DNA of 64,000 bases, from contig CM120640.1 of the NCBI GenBank assembly GCA_051362555.1, positions 69,480,788 to 69,544,787 of the forward strand, in the 5' to 3' direction. The notes beneath the pieces are model-generated. The model made no database searches. It worked only from the letters and a program-made list of their open reading frames with translations, and was not told where the DNA came from. Position numbers and translations under genes: made by a program. Positions within the stretch are counted from its first letter, which is position 1; the number at the start of each line of letters is the position of its first letter. The stretch is from Lingula anatina. Taxonomy: Eukaryota; Animalia; Brachiopoda. Positions 13,825 through 26,900 of the stretch are shown here, piece after piece.

Positions 13825-14157
13825 CTTAATATAATCCAATACATTTGATAACGTTAAGGAGAAGTTACTTTACCACGAAACTCGCCATTTTGATGAGCAG
13901 GTGCGACCTGGAAATCTCGAATAATCTCGTGTCCTGATGCTTCCTGTTTTAGGTGTGTAGTACGGCTGTGAGCATATATGAGAATTGTTCTGCGCACTGT
14001 GAGATATGTAATCTCCTTGCATGTCATCAGTGTTATGCGAAATATCAAAGTATCTAAAGATTACATGCATAGTTAAAGAAGGCTGTCATGTGATAAAGAA
14101 CGAGATGTCAGTCTTAGGTCAAGGCCATTTTCAGGTCACTCACTGGATGCTGCACAC
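13825..14157. promoter_or_regulatory. Probable bidirectional promoter ZFYVE9/ERI3, including the ZFYVE9 non-coding first exon
   Basis: Minus-strand donor AAG|GTAAGA at 13824. YY1-type AAAATGGCG on the minus strand (~13883-13891). CpG-richer than the flanks. ERI3 ATG at 14158. The ZFYVE9 ATG exon has its own acceptor at 12158-12159, so an upstream UTR exon is required. Confidence 0.6.
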
Positions 14158-17100
14158 ATGCTGCTCTCTGTGTCAAGGAGTGTGTTTCTCTGTCGATCTG
14201 TCGGGATACCGCAGTTTATCTGTCATGCGAGGTTTTTAACGAACAGAAGCAGGTCTAAATCAGCTCGGCCTGCATTAAAACCAACGAAGAAAGAACCTAA
14301 AGTGCCTGTAGGACGGAAATCGGCTCTAGATGCATTGAGAGAGATTGAAATTGCACAAAAACCAACCCCAAAACAACTTTTTGATTACTTTTTGGTTCTA
14401 GATTTCGAAGCAACGTGTGATGATGGTTCTATTGTTGACGAAAAAGTTGAAGTTCAGGCAAGTATTAAAATTAAAGGAATGGTATGACAGAAGACATAAA
14501 TATTAGAATTATAGAAAAGTTGTTTGAGTCCTGCTATCTGGGATACTAGCACAAGTAATCGCCTGTAAAAGGCTATAAAAGATTTAAATTTCACAGGCAA
14601 TTGATGAGATTAAACTGTATTAATCAATTAACATTGCATAACTATGCTTTAATATTTATAGTGAAATACTATTGCCATACCAGCACTTTAAAGATAAAAT
14701 TGGTCAGAGATAGCATGCCACAACAATCCAGGATATACCTTTTCTTTCAGTGCAAAAATCATGATTGGATTTCACCACTGAGATTCATCATAACTAAAAT
14801 GTCTATAGCTAAATCTGCATTTGCTGTCACAGTTATACATAGGTTGAAATAAGACACTCCCGCTGGAGCGCTTACCAGTAGGTTATACATGCACTGATGA
14901 GACTTTTTGGACTTTCCTTGGAATTCCGATTTTTTCAGGGTCATTTGGGTCATTCTTGTGAAACGTGTAAATCCTACTTTTTCAATGAGGACTGGTCTCA
15001 TGGATTAACAACATCAGACATGCTTGTTTAAATCTCATTTTTTTTCTTTTCAGGAAATAATAGAATTTCCCGTTGTTAAAATAAATTCAAATACCTGGAA
15101 AACAGAAGCATTGTTTTATCATTATGTTCGCCCACAGGTTCATCCAACATTGTCAGCTTTTTGCACAAAGGTATTTAAAAAATTCTCCTACTAGATAATT
15201 TGTCACACTGAAAGGTTTTGTGTCAGTAACAATTTGTCTTTCTAAGTTAATTATATTTTAGGACACATTTATTTCTTTTTTAAAGATCAATACATAATTG
15301 TCTTATTTCTTTTCTAAACAAATTCTTCAAAATAAGCAGAATATGACTAAGAACTGGGTGAGTGGTGTTTTGCTAATTTTAAACCTATTTTACCAGCTTA
15401 CAGGTATTCTGCAACCAATGGTAGAAAATCAACCAGATATCAAAGAAGTACTAAAAGTAAGAATAGATTTTTCATTATATTTTTCAGAATTATTTTGATG
15501 TCTTTTAAATATAGTTAAGAATACCTAACAATATAAAAAATATAAATTGCATTCATAATGTATACCTGATTTTATTCATTCATTTATTCATTCACTTAAA
15601 ATCATTGCCAGTATTTTTTTCTTTTGGCATCCTATGTTTTCCTCTCTTTTCCAGTCCATAATGTTCATGCAGTGACTGTTTATGAAGATAAGGTTTAAGC
15701 AGGGATATATATTTGTTTTATAGTGATTGTAGTTTGAATTTAAACTTGTGAATTGATATTGGTATAAGTTGTTAATAAATTAATGATGTAATTTCAGAAG
15801 TTCGACACATGGATGCTTAAAGAAGGGCTACTAGATGATGGTGTAAAATTTGCATTTGTTACATATGGCGATTGGGATTTAGGGAAATTGTAAGTGTGAA
15901 CAATTCAATAAAAAAACAGAAATCAAATGAATTTTAAAGTTTGTATATAGATTTGAACAGATAACTTACTGAAGTCCTTTTGTGTCATATGATTTGGTTT
16001 CAAGTCTCTAAAATGAACCTTTTATCTATGCATTTCTCCAATCACCTTATAAATGTCTAATATTGGTTTAATTAAATTGTTTGTTTATTAGTTTTTTGTT
16101 TGTTTGTGATAATATAACAAATATTTTTTCAGACTTCCTCGAAACTGTGCATACTTTAACATCCCAGTGCCAGCTTATTTTAAGGAATGGATAAATATTA
16201 AAAGGGTAATTGTAAATTATGATATCTGTCATCTTGCACTGTCTCAGTCATGGTTACGGGTATATTGACTGTTTACTCAGGAAGTACATTCTCGGAAAAA
16301 GCACTCCTAATGTTAAAGATGTAATAAGTGTAATGAGCACTACATGCATATGTTATAGTGACATTTACAGGCTAATTGTTCATGTACTAGGTTTCAATAC
16401 ATATCATAGAAGTCAATCAAGCCTTGCAACAATGTTCTATGTTCATGAGATTCATTTCCCATCTTTCTTTTTTTCCCAGCCTGTAAGTGATGTGACAGGG
16501 ATATATCCTCGAAGTTTTTTCCATGCCCTTCAAGTTATGAATGTAGAACACATTGGTCGTCATCATAGTGGCTTAGGTAATATCATCTTACAGAGGTCAT
16601 TCTTTAAAGACATTCACAGATAAAATTTTTAATAAATGAACCATGGGAGGCAGTCATGGAAGTGAAAAAATAAAAATTTCATGGAGGGCTTTTTAGGGGA
16701 AATCACATTAGACTTCTTACATAAAAGGGTAAAATTTTATAAAATGCATTTGAAAGGAAAGGCTCCATCTGTTGAACAACAATACCTACTTGAAATCATT
16801 CAGCGTGCATGTCTGAAAAAGTATGTGGCAAATCCAATTATCCATATGATTTCGTAGTTGAAATGCAAGATTTTATAAGCTACTTGTGGACCTCATGTTG
16901 ATGGGTTCAATTTTAATGGTAACCGAACCTGATGTTCCCAGATTGTACCCCTGCCAGGATGGTAGTATAAGGCTGTATTCCCAGAGCTTTTAGATCGATC
17001 TATCCCCGCGGGGAGTCTCACTAGATTACTGTCAGATAATCCGGCTTAAATGTCCGTCCCGCCTACTTCAAGCTGTAAGAGGGTAATTAACTTTCGTGCC

Positions 17101-17732
17101 CGCCCAGCTGACAGCTATTTAGCGTGAACCCCCAGGGAGTTAGGTTGATCTAAAGTAGATTGATCTAATCTCTGGAAATGGGGTCTAAGGGGCCATTCAG
17201 AATAGAAGATCCGAGTATCAACTGGTCCAAAGCTCAAATATGGCAGACCCTACATGAAAGGAAGACTGCTTAATCTTGTCATTTTTTTCTCCACCTCTCA
17301 CATGCCTCCTCATACGTCTGGTCGAATGGAGCTGAGATTTAATAACTGTGCCCCTGCAGGGATGACGCGTTGGGAGGCATGTGAGAGGCAGAGAGACCAT
17401 TACAGGATTAATCCATTTATTCGTATGAATTTGTAGTTGAAATGCAAGATTTTATAAGCTATTTGGGGATCTTTCATTCTGAATGGGGCCTAATAGTATG
17501 AGAACTGTTACATGTACCAGGGTTGTCTGGTTGCAGTGTAGTCACTGTATGTAATGTTTCAAAAACAACTTATGATTTTCAAAAGTGTTGAATTGATTTA
17601 ATCCAGTCAGACAATGTCAGATTGTTTTATTTTGTCTTTTTAGATGATGTAAAGAATACTGCTAATCTCTTGAGGGCTGTGGCAGAGAAGGATTATGTTT
17701 TTCAAATTACACAATGGACAGCTGTGAACTGA
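14158..17732 (+). CDS. ERI3: ERI1 exoribonuclease 3-like DEDDh 3'-5' exonuclease, ~275 aa, 7 exons
   Basis: Exons 14158-14457 (GC donor; alternative GT donor after 14481), 15054-15170, 15397-15456, 15798-15889, 16133-16205, 16480-16576, 17644-17732. Motifs YFLVLDFEATC, QEIIEFP, FCTKLTGI, FVTYGDWDL, WINIK and GRHHSGLDD, so all DEDDh catalytic residues are present. AATAAA at 17941 and 18095. Confidence 0.92.
16968..17187. mobile_element. Palindromic MITE-like element, family A, copy 2 (ERI3 last intron)
   Basis: Shares GATCGATC, GGGGAGTCTCACTA, CCGGCTTAAATG, GGGTAATTA and CCAGGGAGTTAG segments with 7989-8217. Termini TTCCCAGAG and CTCTGGAAA are inverted. Confidence 0.7.
17188..17491. mobile_element. 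MITE-like element, family B, with ~22-bp terminal inverted repeats
   Basis: Left end GGGGCCATTCAGAATAGAAGATCC, right end GGATCTTTCATTCTGAATGGGGCC. A ~60-bp subterminal segment (…GTAGTTGAAATGCAAGATTTTATAAGCTA…) also occurs at ~16831-16893, apparently a second truncated copy. Confidence 0.65.
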
Positions 17733-20587
17733 ATTCTGGATATTAAGGATACATTTCATTCTTTTTTGTCTTAAAAGGATAACTGCACTGATATTTGAAA
17801 AGGTGGAGTGACAGTGTGGAGCAGAAGTTGAATCCAACTGTTGAACATTATATTGGTTTGTCCACCTTGGGACAGCCTACATGACATCATTTCTAATAGC
17901 CTGGTTTATGACAGGATTTTATTTCATGCCCACTTATCGTAATAAAAAAATTAAGGCTTATTTCAGTGATGTCTTGAAAATTTAATTTGCTTTTCCCCTG
18001 CCAACCCCCTCCCCATGTGAAATCCGACCCCCCCTCACCCCTTACACACACACACTTCAACCAAAAACTTCGTTTGTCACCAAGACAACATCTCAATAAA
18101 TTTCAAATGTTTGAACAAATACACTAAAGAGACTCAACAAGTCTTAAGTGATCAATCACAGTTTATTACACAAATAATGTGCTTACATATAGAAATATAT
18201 GGAATTTGGGCTCTATTAGTACTTAAAACATTTGATGAGATAAAAGGTAAGTTTGTAGACTTCTCTTTTTCACTAAAATGCAAGTGCCAGACGTGAATTG
18301 CATGACAGAGCAGGAAAAAAAAGAAAGTGTGGACAATCTACTCTATCCCATGGCACGAAGAAGTAGAAATCTACACTAAAACTTATTTTTGCAAAGATAA
18401 CCTTTAACAAAAGGAAGTGTTGACTAGATAGTTTTGATTGTAGTGAACAAGACACAATCTGAACGACATGGTATAACCATTTCTGTAATGGTGAAATGAA
18501 AGGGCAATTATCTGCTATATATTAAATATTAATAATGCTCTTAATCAAGAAATGCCTATGAATGCTGGAATAAAGGCTTCAAATTTTGTACATTGCACCC
18601 ATAATAGAAGTATGCACTGCTTAAATAAACTTTGTACACACGATAAAGAGATGCAACATACAACCAAGGTCATATTAAACAAAAAGACTTGATATAATAT
18701 AAAATCAATGGAATGATTGCAATCAAGATCTTATCAATATACAAAACAATACTCATTGAAAGAGTTGGGTTGACTCAATTTTCACAGAAATGTAATAGAA
18801 TGGATCAAATAATTCCATTATACAATATAATATGAAAACTATCACTCTCTTTACATAATTTCTTTCCAAGATAACATAGTAAGACATCAAACATGCTACT
18901 TTGAAGTGAGAAAGATCAACAATACCAAACCTTGCTCACAGTAACATTCTGGAAAAAAAGTATCTGGAATCTGTAACATTAATCAAGGTAAAATCAAAGT
19001 AAATAATGTGATTGCAGCTTTCACAATACGTCTATGATCTACATAACAGAAAGAGGGTAAACTACTCCCGTGATAAAACATGATAAAGACGTGATAAAAC
19101 ACTCCATTTCATAGTTCTGATTTCCCTAGCTAAATCATCTTTTAAAACCTTCATACACTTAAAATCAATTATTCCCAACCTTGGTTTTATTCATTATCTT
19201 GAGAGTCTGGCATAATGTTTATATTATTGTGCCTTTTTAATTTCTTATTTTCCATCTATCATTGATAATAGTCTGACAAAATCCATGTCTGTACATTGCT
19301 GTACTTATGTCCACTGTAACATCTAGGACACAGCTTGTCTCCAGTGTATCAGCTGTAGGAAATGACTCCCTCCTCACTCCTGTATTGTCCATGTGCTTGG
19401 ACTCTCACAGGAACAAACACCTTTATATTAAAGCTTGTACTTTTGTAGTCAGTTATGCCGCACATTATCTTAAAGCAACTGTAAAAACTACTTTTAAGGC
19501 TTATTCCCATTAGACCATATAGCTATATGGATAGTTACTGAGATCTCCCCAATTTAAATGATTACCTACTAGGTACAAAAAATACCATTGAAAGGCTTGT
19601 CTTGCCAGAAAATACTGTCTTCACACATTTTTCATCACATCCACTTTCAATGATTATAAATCTGCAATTATAAATTTTCATAAATAATAACAAGAAGTTA
19701 TCACATTTCATGTCTTTCTTGGTCCCATTATCATCAACTACCAAGGAATGCAGCATGAAGCAAACAAGCTATAATAATTATACTTAGACATGAGGAAACT
19801 GTTTCCACAACAATAACATTCAAAGTGCACTAACAATTAAATATAGCTAAATTCTGATTAAATATGGTACCTACCAAAAAATGAATAAGAAAGCAAGACA
19901 GTGTAATAAACAATTAAGTGAACACAATATGCACTTGTATATGTGCACAAGAAGTAACCTTGCCAAAATTTTTACATAGTGCTCCTAACATTTAAATCTG
20001 CAGATTGGTTTAACCGAATTTCATTTAATTTGGCTAAATACAGAACAGGCATCCTTGATCTGATAAGCTGCAGAACAGACACATTGCTGTGATTCCCATT
20101 GGCATATAGTGAGTGGCTATAATACAGTCCTTAGGCCTTACTCTGAAGCTCAAATTGGATTAAATAACCTACAATTGCAAACATAAGCAAAAGTTCCTAC
20201 ATCTTGCTATCAGTCTTTCTTTTATGAATAGCAATAACAACATCGAGAAAAAAGCACTTATGAAAAGATAACTGCCACTTGAAGCCACACTGCAATATAA
20301 CTCCATATCTACACATCATCAACAATCACAACAATAAACATTAATTGAGCTGCACCATCCCCATTTCTAAAAGATTCAAATAAGTAGTGATGCTGCTACC
20401 TAAAATGCATCTTTTCTTAACATGACAACCTTTAATAAGGTTTCTGGTCCCTGTGCTGTGTAATACCCCTTATGTGGTCATAAATATACATCTGAATCAC
20501 ATTTTTGTAGGCGTGGTACAAGCTTCTTGGCATTAAAAAGGTATAAACCTGGGTAATGACTATTGTTAATCTTCATGTGGACTAGTA

Positions 20588-23500
20588 CTAAAACTGCTCA
20601 CTGAATTCTGCTACTTCTTTAAGTCGGCCGCTCTTGGCATCAGAAATCGCACCCCACAAATCAAAAACAAAGTCATCTGTAAAGCCAAACATCCCCAGGT
20701 CCGAGTTATCCATGGCTAATGCAAAATCGTGAGGGTTGTCTTTTTGACTGCCGATTTCCCAGATTGTCTGAGCTGAAATAGAAAACACAAAGCATGTCAG
20801 CAGTAGTTAACAAGGTGTGTCTAGTCCATTCAATTTAAAATAGTTCTTTTCAGTGAGCCCATTGTCGAACAAGACTTATCATAACTAAAGAATTCAGTAA
20901 TTTCACCTAATTTTTACACCTGTACTGATTTTGTATGACTCATCAAGCCATATGTGTGTGTACACAGGGAATTAACCCTTTTGGTTTAATGGGTGGGATT
21001 TTATACTGCATACACATCACCTCCATGGACACAGAAAATCCATTCAAATGAGACAGATTTGATTTTTAAAAGTTGTACATATTATTTAGTGCTTTCCTTT
21101 GTAAATGTGCTCAAGTCACTGCAAATATCATCCTGACAGGAGGGAAATGCAAAATGTTATGAGACATTAATTAAAATCTTTCAGCTGTTTTATAGAGTCC
21201 AGAGGAACAGCTGTGACCCTTGAATCTCTTTAGTCTCTTTATTACACAAGCCAACCTTTAATTTCTATTGTCAATATTCACAGGGTTTCATCCTCAACCT
21301 CACTTCTCAATACTAGGTCACAGACTTTGGAAGGGTGCACTGCAGTTAGTAGCCCTATTACAAAAGTTGAGATAAGCTGTTTCCTTTGCGTGATGTTGGA
21401 ATGTGTAGTATGTACAGAAGCCAACATGCTATCAGACTGCGACAAAGTGGAAAAAAAGTCTAATGTATTACTCAAATATATCTCATTGTGTTAAATAAAT
21501 GTACAAATAAAACCGAGTTTTGCTGTCAAAACTGATTATAAAAAAAATCAGATTAAATTCATTACATCAAATAGTCTAGTTTTGGAGGAAAACATGTTTA
21601 AGACATTAGGAGTGATTAATTTTTCAAAAGTTACAGACACATAAATATAATACTTTTCTATGCAGTCTTTGTGCCCTTTGGGGTTTGTAGTTTTGTCAAG
21701 TATGTGGACAAATACAAGTCCCTTTAACCTAAAGCTATAAATATCTTATCTAAAAATCGCTACTTGTACCGACCAGCATAAGAGTGCTTCTATTCTTCCC
21801 TTACCAAAACAATAGTTTTGACTGTATCATAATGTAAACTACCTAATATTGAACGCCATGCTATATGAAGCAAGTTTTTGGGGTCAAAGACATATAACTT
21901 GACCATAATCACCTATATGATTATGTGCTATTACAACATCTGATACACATGGTCATTCTCTTCTTCTTTTTATATAAGCAACATTTGTGTTAACAAGCTT
22001 AAGGCACTAGACATTATTTTGAAATTATATTCTATGATGATAAAATGTAAACAGAAACATATGGATCATCACCTATATTTCCAGAATCATATTTTATAAT
22101 TTTTTATAATAAAAACTACACTTACATAATTCTGTATCATTTATTCCCATGAAGGACTCTAACAGTGAGTTGATCTTGTCTGTGGCCACACTCACTACCT
22201 CATCAGGCTAAAAAACATAAATTTCATATGACAGACAAAAGAAACAAAGATGTGGACTTATAATGAATTTAAATGATAACTAGAGGATCAGAGAGGCAAT
22301 ACCGCCTCTGGATATTGTACCACCAGCTGGAGTAAGCGCATTCGTATGGAAAACCAAAAACAAACAGGAACAACCACCAGTGTTGTGTTTCACAAGCTCT
22401 TCAAAATGCAATAAACAATACAAGAAATATGCCCCTTCCCCTAAAATAAAAAAAACAGCACAACTTTTATAAAAATCGTCTGATCAAGCCGATTTTCAAG
22501 AGAATAGGCTTGACAGTTTTCTTTGAAATGCATTATCAGTGTTGCATATATATTGAAAGAAAGAAATAGGCCTATCTCTGCCAGTTTTGGATATATAAGG
22601 GATAGAAAATTTGCAAAGTTCAGTTCATGGTGAAAAGAAGGTCAAAGGTCAATTTAAATGTGACAGATGTTCAGCATAAGACTCCCTATTCAAGTTCAAA
22701 AGTAACCATGGGTGTATCTCTGCCAGTATTGGAGATAAAAGAGATGGAAAAATTGCAAAGTTCAGTGCATGGTGAAAAGTAGGTCAAAGGTCAATTTCAA
22801 GGTCACAGTTAGATTGTTAGTATGTGACTTCCTATTCAAGTTCAATAGTAACTATGGGTTTATCTCTGATAGTTTTGGAGATATAAGGGATAGAAAAATT
22901 GCAAAGTTCAGTTCATGGTAAAAAGTAGGTCGAAGGTCAATTTCAAGGTCACAGTTACATTGCCAGTATATGACTTCCTATTCAAGTTCAATGGTAACTA
23001 TGGGTGTATCTCAGCTACTTTTGGAGTATTTCACATTTTATTTTCACCATTGAATATTGCTGAGTTGTGCTTTTTGATATAGCACAACTCCTTGACCGTA
23101 TCGCACCAAAAAAATGGACACCACCTCCAGTATTGCGTTTGACAAGCTCTACATAATGCAAAAAACAAGAGGTCTCTAGCATTTACAGTTCCAGAATTAT
23201 GGCGAGTTTTAAGTTTTGGCATCTTATGGCCGTTTCTCCCATGAAAATGCACCGATTGACCCCAAACTCCCAAAGATGAAAGGAGTTCCTAATTGCATCC
23301 CCTCACTATAATATGAGTGCTAAACTCTGTGTTGTTTCTGAAATTCGGCACAAATAAAAGTTTTTTTGCAAAAAATTCCCATTTTTAGAAAATTTTGGCC
23401 TGTTTGACCTTGAAAAAAAGATCAAAGGTCAAATCCGAAGGCATATTTGAAATCCTCATATGTGACTTTCGGTCAGACTTCTATACTAATTTTTCCCATA

Positions 23501-23890
23501 ATTCCTTCTGTTTAGGAGATATATAGCATTGAATTTTCAAAAAATTTGAGAAAGGTGCATTTCATTGAGTGTCACGCCCAAGTGAATGCACTGACTGAGA
23601 CAAAAAAACCAGGGGGGTCAAGTTGAGATTATATGTGACCTAAATCCAAGAGATGGGGACACAGGTCCGCGTGGTCTAGGAGGAGAAGCGGTAACGGTGA
23701 CTTGTATCCCACGCCACCCTGCGGAGCCGGCGGTGCTTATGGAGCCGGCGGAGCTAACGGAGCTGGCGGAGCCGTACGATACGGGTTGGGACTAAAACCA
23801 TGAGTACCACCAGCGTACATGCTGGTGGTACTAATAAACTGTACCAAAATAGTTTTGTGAAATCATGCCTACATACATATAATCATTTGT

Positions 23891-23928
<38 letters not shown>

Positions 23929-26900
23929 TCCGTTTCAATCAGCTTAATGCACTGCTCATTCTCAGATGATATTATTACAAAGTAAAACAGGCAAACAACA
24001 CAAAGCCATCTCTTTATTATACTGCATAGAAATATGATCCGTGTGACATGCAATAAAAATCAATACCCGCACCTGTCCAGGTAGGTGATGAAAAGGAATA
24101 TGTATACATTAATATTGAAAAATATGCCTTTTTTTTTTTTTTTTTGCTTGAGCCTTCTATCAATTCTATAGCCTTTTTTCATTCTAAGGACACTGACAGT
24201 TGTACAATGATGCTGTTCAACAATTTCTACTCACTACTTCTACTGTTGCTGGCCCCTTTGATCGTAGTCTCAGCGTCTCTTTTCCTGACCCATAGTTGCT
24301 TCCTCCTTTCTTACCACCAGATGACGGACCAATATTAGCTGTAATTATTGATGTTCTATATTAAGACCAATTCTATAAGCAAACAATATTAAAAAGCATG
24401 CACAGATGACACCAGTTTAAAGGGATAACAACTCTTCATATTGAACCAATTCAAATATATTGTAAACAATGCATAGAAATATAATAAAATTTCTTTTTAC
24501 CACCAAAAGGGCAGTTATCACAATTATTCTGAAATCTGTGCTTGCCATGGAACCATGTGCAGATTCATAGATGGCTACCCTCCATAAATTAAAAAAACAC
24601 ACTTAAAAAACGACTAACTTTGAATGTCAAAACCAATCCATTAACCATATGTAATTTGTGTGTGAAATCATTGTTTACCCCAGAAAAAATCAGTTTTATA
24701 GCACTTTCCTACCAAAAATAAGAGTTGCTATCCCTATAAGCCCTTTGTATTGTTACTTGTTGTAGTATTGTGACAAGTGACAAATGTACATCAGACCAGT
24801 TCTAAGGGTTAGGGAAGGTGCATTGCAATAAGCATGAAATAAGTGTGAAATAATATGCAAGCTGGAAATTAGTTTTATGTCACCCTAGTTATAATGAAGG
24901 CAGGAGATCCTAATGCATGATTAATGAGGCGCAAACATAGACCATGAGTGCAGAGTCTGATTAAATGTCCTCACATATAAAACCAAACAAAATTGTTCAA
25001 TCGACAATTTAGGGTCCTGTTTTCCAGGGACAACTGAGAGAAACTGTCAATTTTGAAATTCTGTGGAAAAATTTTGCTGGTGCAGAAATGTGAAAATATC
25101 TGTGAATATGTAGCGAAAAAAGTCTCTCTGGTCCTGGTAGAAGTTCAAGGATCCTTTATACCATAAGATCACTGCATTATATCTAATCCCCAGCTCTATT
25201 TTCACCATGTAACTCTTTAATTAGCAAACCAAGCAAAAACCAATACACAGGAAAACAGCAAAACTGATGTTTGATGCCAACTCTTCCTTCCCTGATAAAG
25301 GTTGCTGGTAGACTTAAAAATATTGGACTGACAGTATTAAACAATGTTACAGCTGTTGAATGGCTGTATGAAAGGATCTATATAACTCAACAGCTGATAT
25401 ATCTTGATTATGAGAGCCTTCAATTTGCATCTCCCTTTTGTGAAAACAGACAATGATAAATTCAATTTCAGCAACATCTTTGAAAATGGCCAAAGGCATA
25501 CTTACAAAATCCTGACTTCATGGGTCCCACCACCCTCATTGTGAAGGTAGTTCCTACTGGGATTTCTTTCAACATTTTTGCAACTTCATAATGCCTGCTG
25601 CCTACTAAACTTGTTTCATTTATCTTTTCTATGTGATCTCCAACATCTATCAGAGGCACTTTGTCCATGACACTTCCTTCCTTGATACGTTTTATAAAGG
25701 CATAACCTGCACCGTTATCTGTTATTGTGAGACCTAGTGCTTCTTCCGATTTGGTAATATCCACTTCTTTTGGTTGGCCTTTGACGTGTGCAAATATGAA
25801 ATCTTCCAGACCTATCTGGCCTCCTAAAAGCCGTGCCATGTCCACTTTGTGTGTATTCAGAGTGCAAAACAAAATCTGAAAGCAAACAATGACAAAATTA
25901 TAGTTCAGTAATGTAACATACAGGATTGGCATTTTTTTAAAATCTCCATGGAGTTGTGATGTTATAGCAAAAGGTCTATATGCTTTTAGTATTTTTCTTG
26001 CAATTTTGCAAATGACAAATTGTTGTATATGATAAATATTACATATGCATTAAATTTATCAATCTAGATAAAAATCCACAGAATATATTTCATTCAATTA
26101 GAGTTCTGAGCTTGATACATTTAATATACTACACTTGAGGAGAAAGAAAACCTGATGCTTCATTAACTTCTATCCAAACCATTCTATTTCTGATGTGGTT
26201 TCTTTATGGACATTACATGACAAGCATTATTTCAATAAAACAGGCAGTCTCTGAAAATGTGGGAAAAGCTACAGCCGTGTAAAAAAACAGCTTTCTATAT
26301 TGATCCATGTTGACTTCTGGTTAATATTGAGTATGTGCAAGTGCTTTAACAGAAACTATTCAGTACAAGTCTACTAACATGTCATTGCATGTAGTTCAAA
26401 TCACAATCAGACATACATGACTCCCTACTTCTTCCAGATGAAACAATTTATCACTAAGGTGATACAGTTGCCATAGACACAAGACAACATTACAATATTA
26501 TCTGAAAAATTTGAGGATATGTGTCAGATAATCAATATATACAATCACTGCACCAATAACTTTGTGTCACGTATGGTTATCTATTTCTGTGATTCTCTGC
26601 CTGTCTGCCAAGATGTCAATATCAAGCTGTACCCATTCAAACAAATGCGCATGCTTAAACACACACACACACACATGCACACACATATACACACACACTG
26701 TAAAGAGGGGCTTTAAAAATCAATTTTACAAAATGACTAATAAGACAATTAAGTAGAAAACATTTATGTCTTATCCATTAAAAGCCCTTAAGATAATTAA
26801 AAATATTAATTAATAAAAATTAATATTTAAAATTATCCACCTTAAAACATTGTATATTCTCATAATCCTGTCATAATCCAAAAAATAAAGAAAAGACAAG

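Noticed and set aside
14901-14930. TTCCTTGGA match to conserved 18S rRNA (U14-like guide)
   Set aside because: Only ~9 nt, not followed by a CTGA D box, and U14 domain A is absent. Kept only as part of a weak structured-RNA candidate.
23031-23273. 80-aa ORF inside the HINE as possible transposase or Rep fragment
   Set aside because: No Rep, helicase or DDE motifs. The element is non-autonomous.
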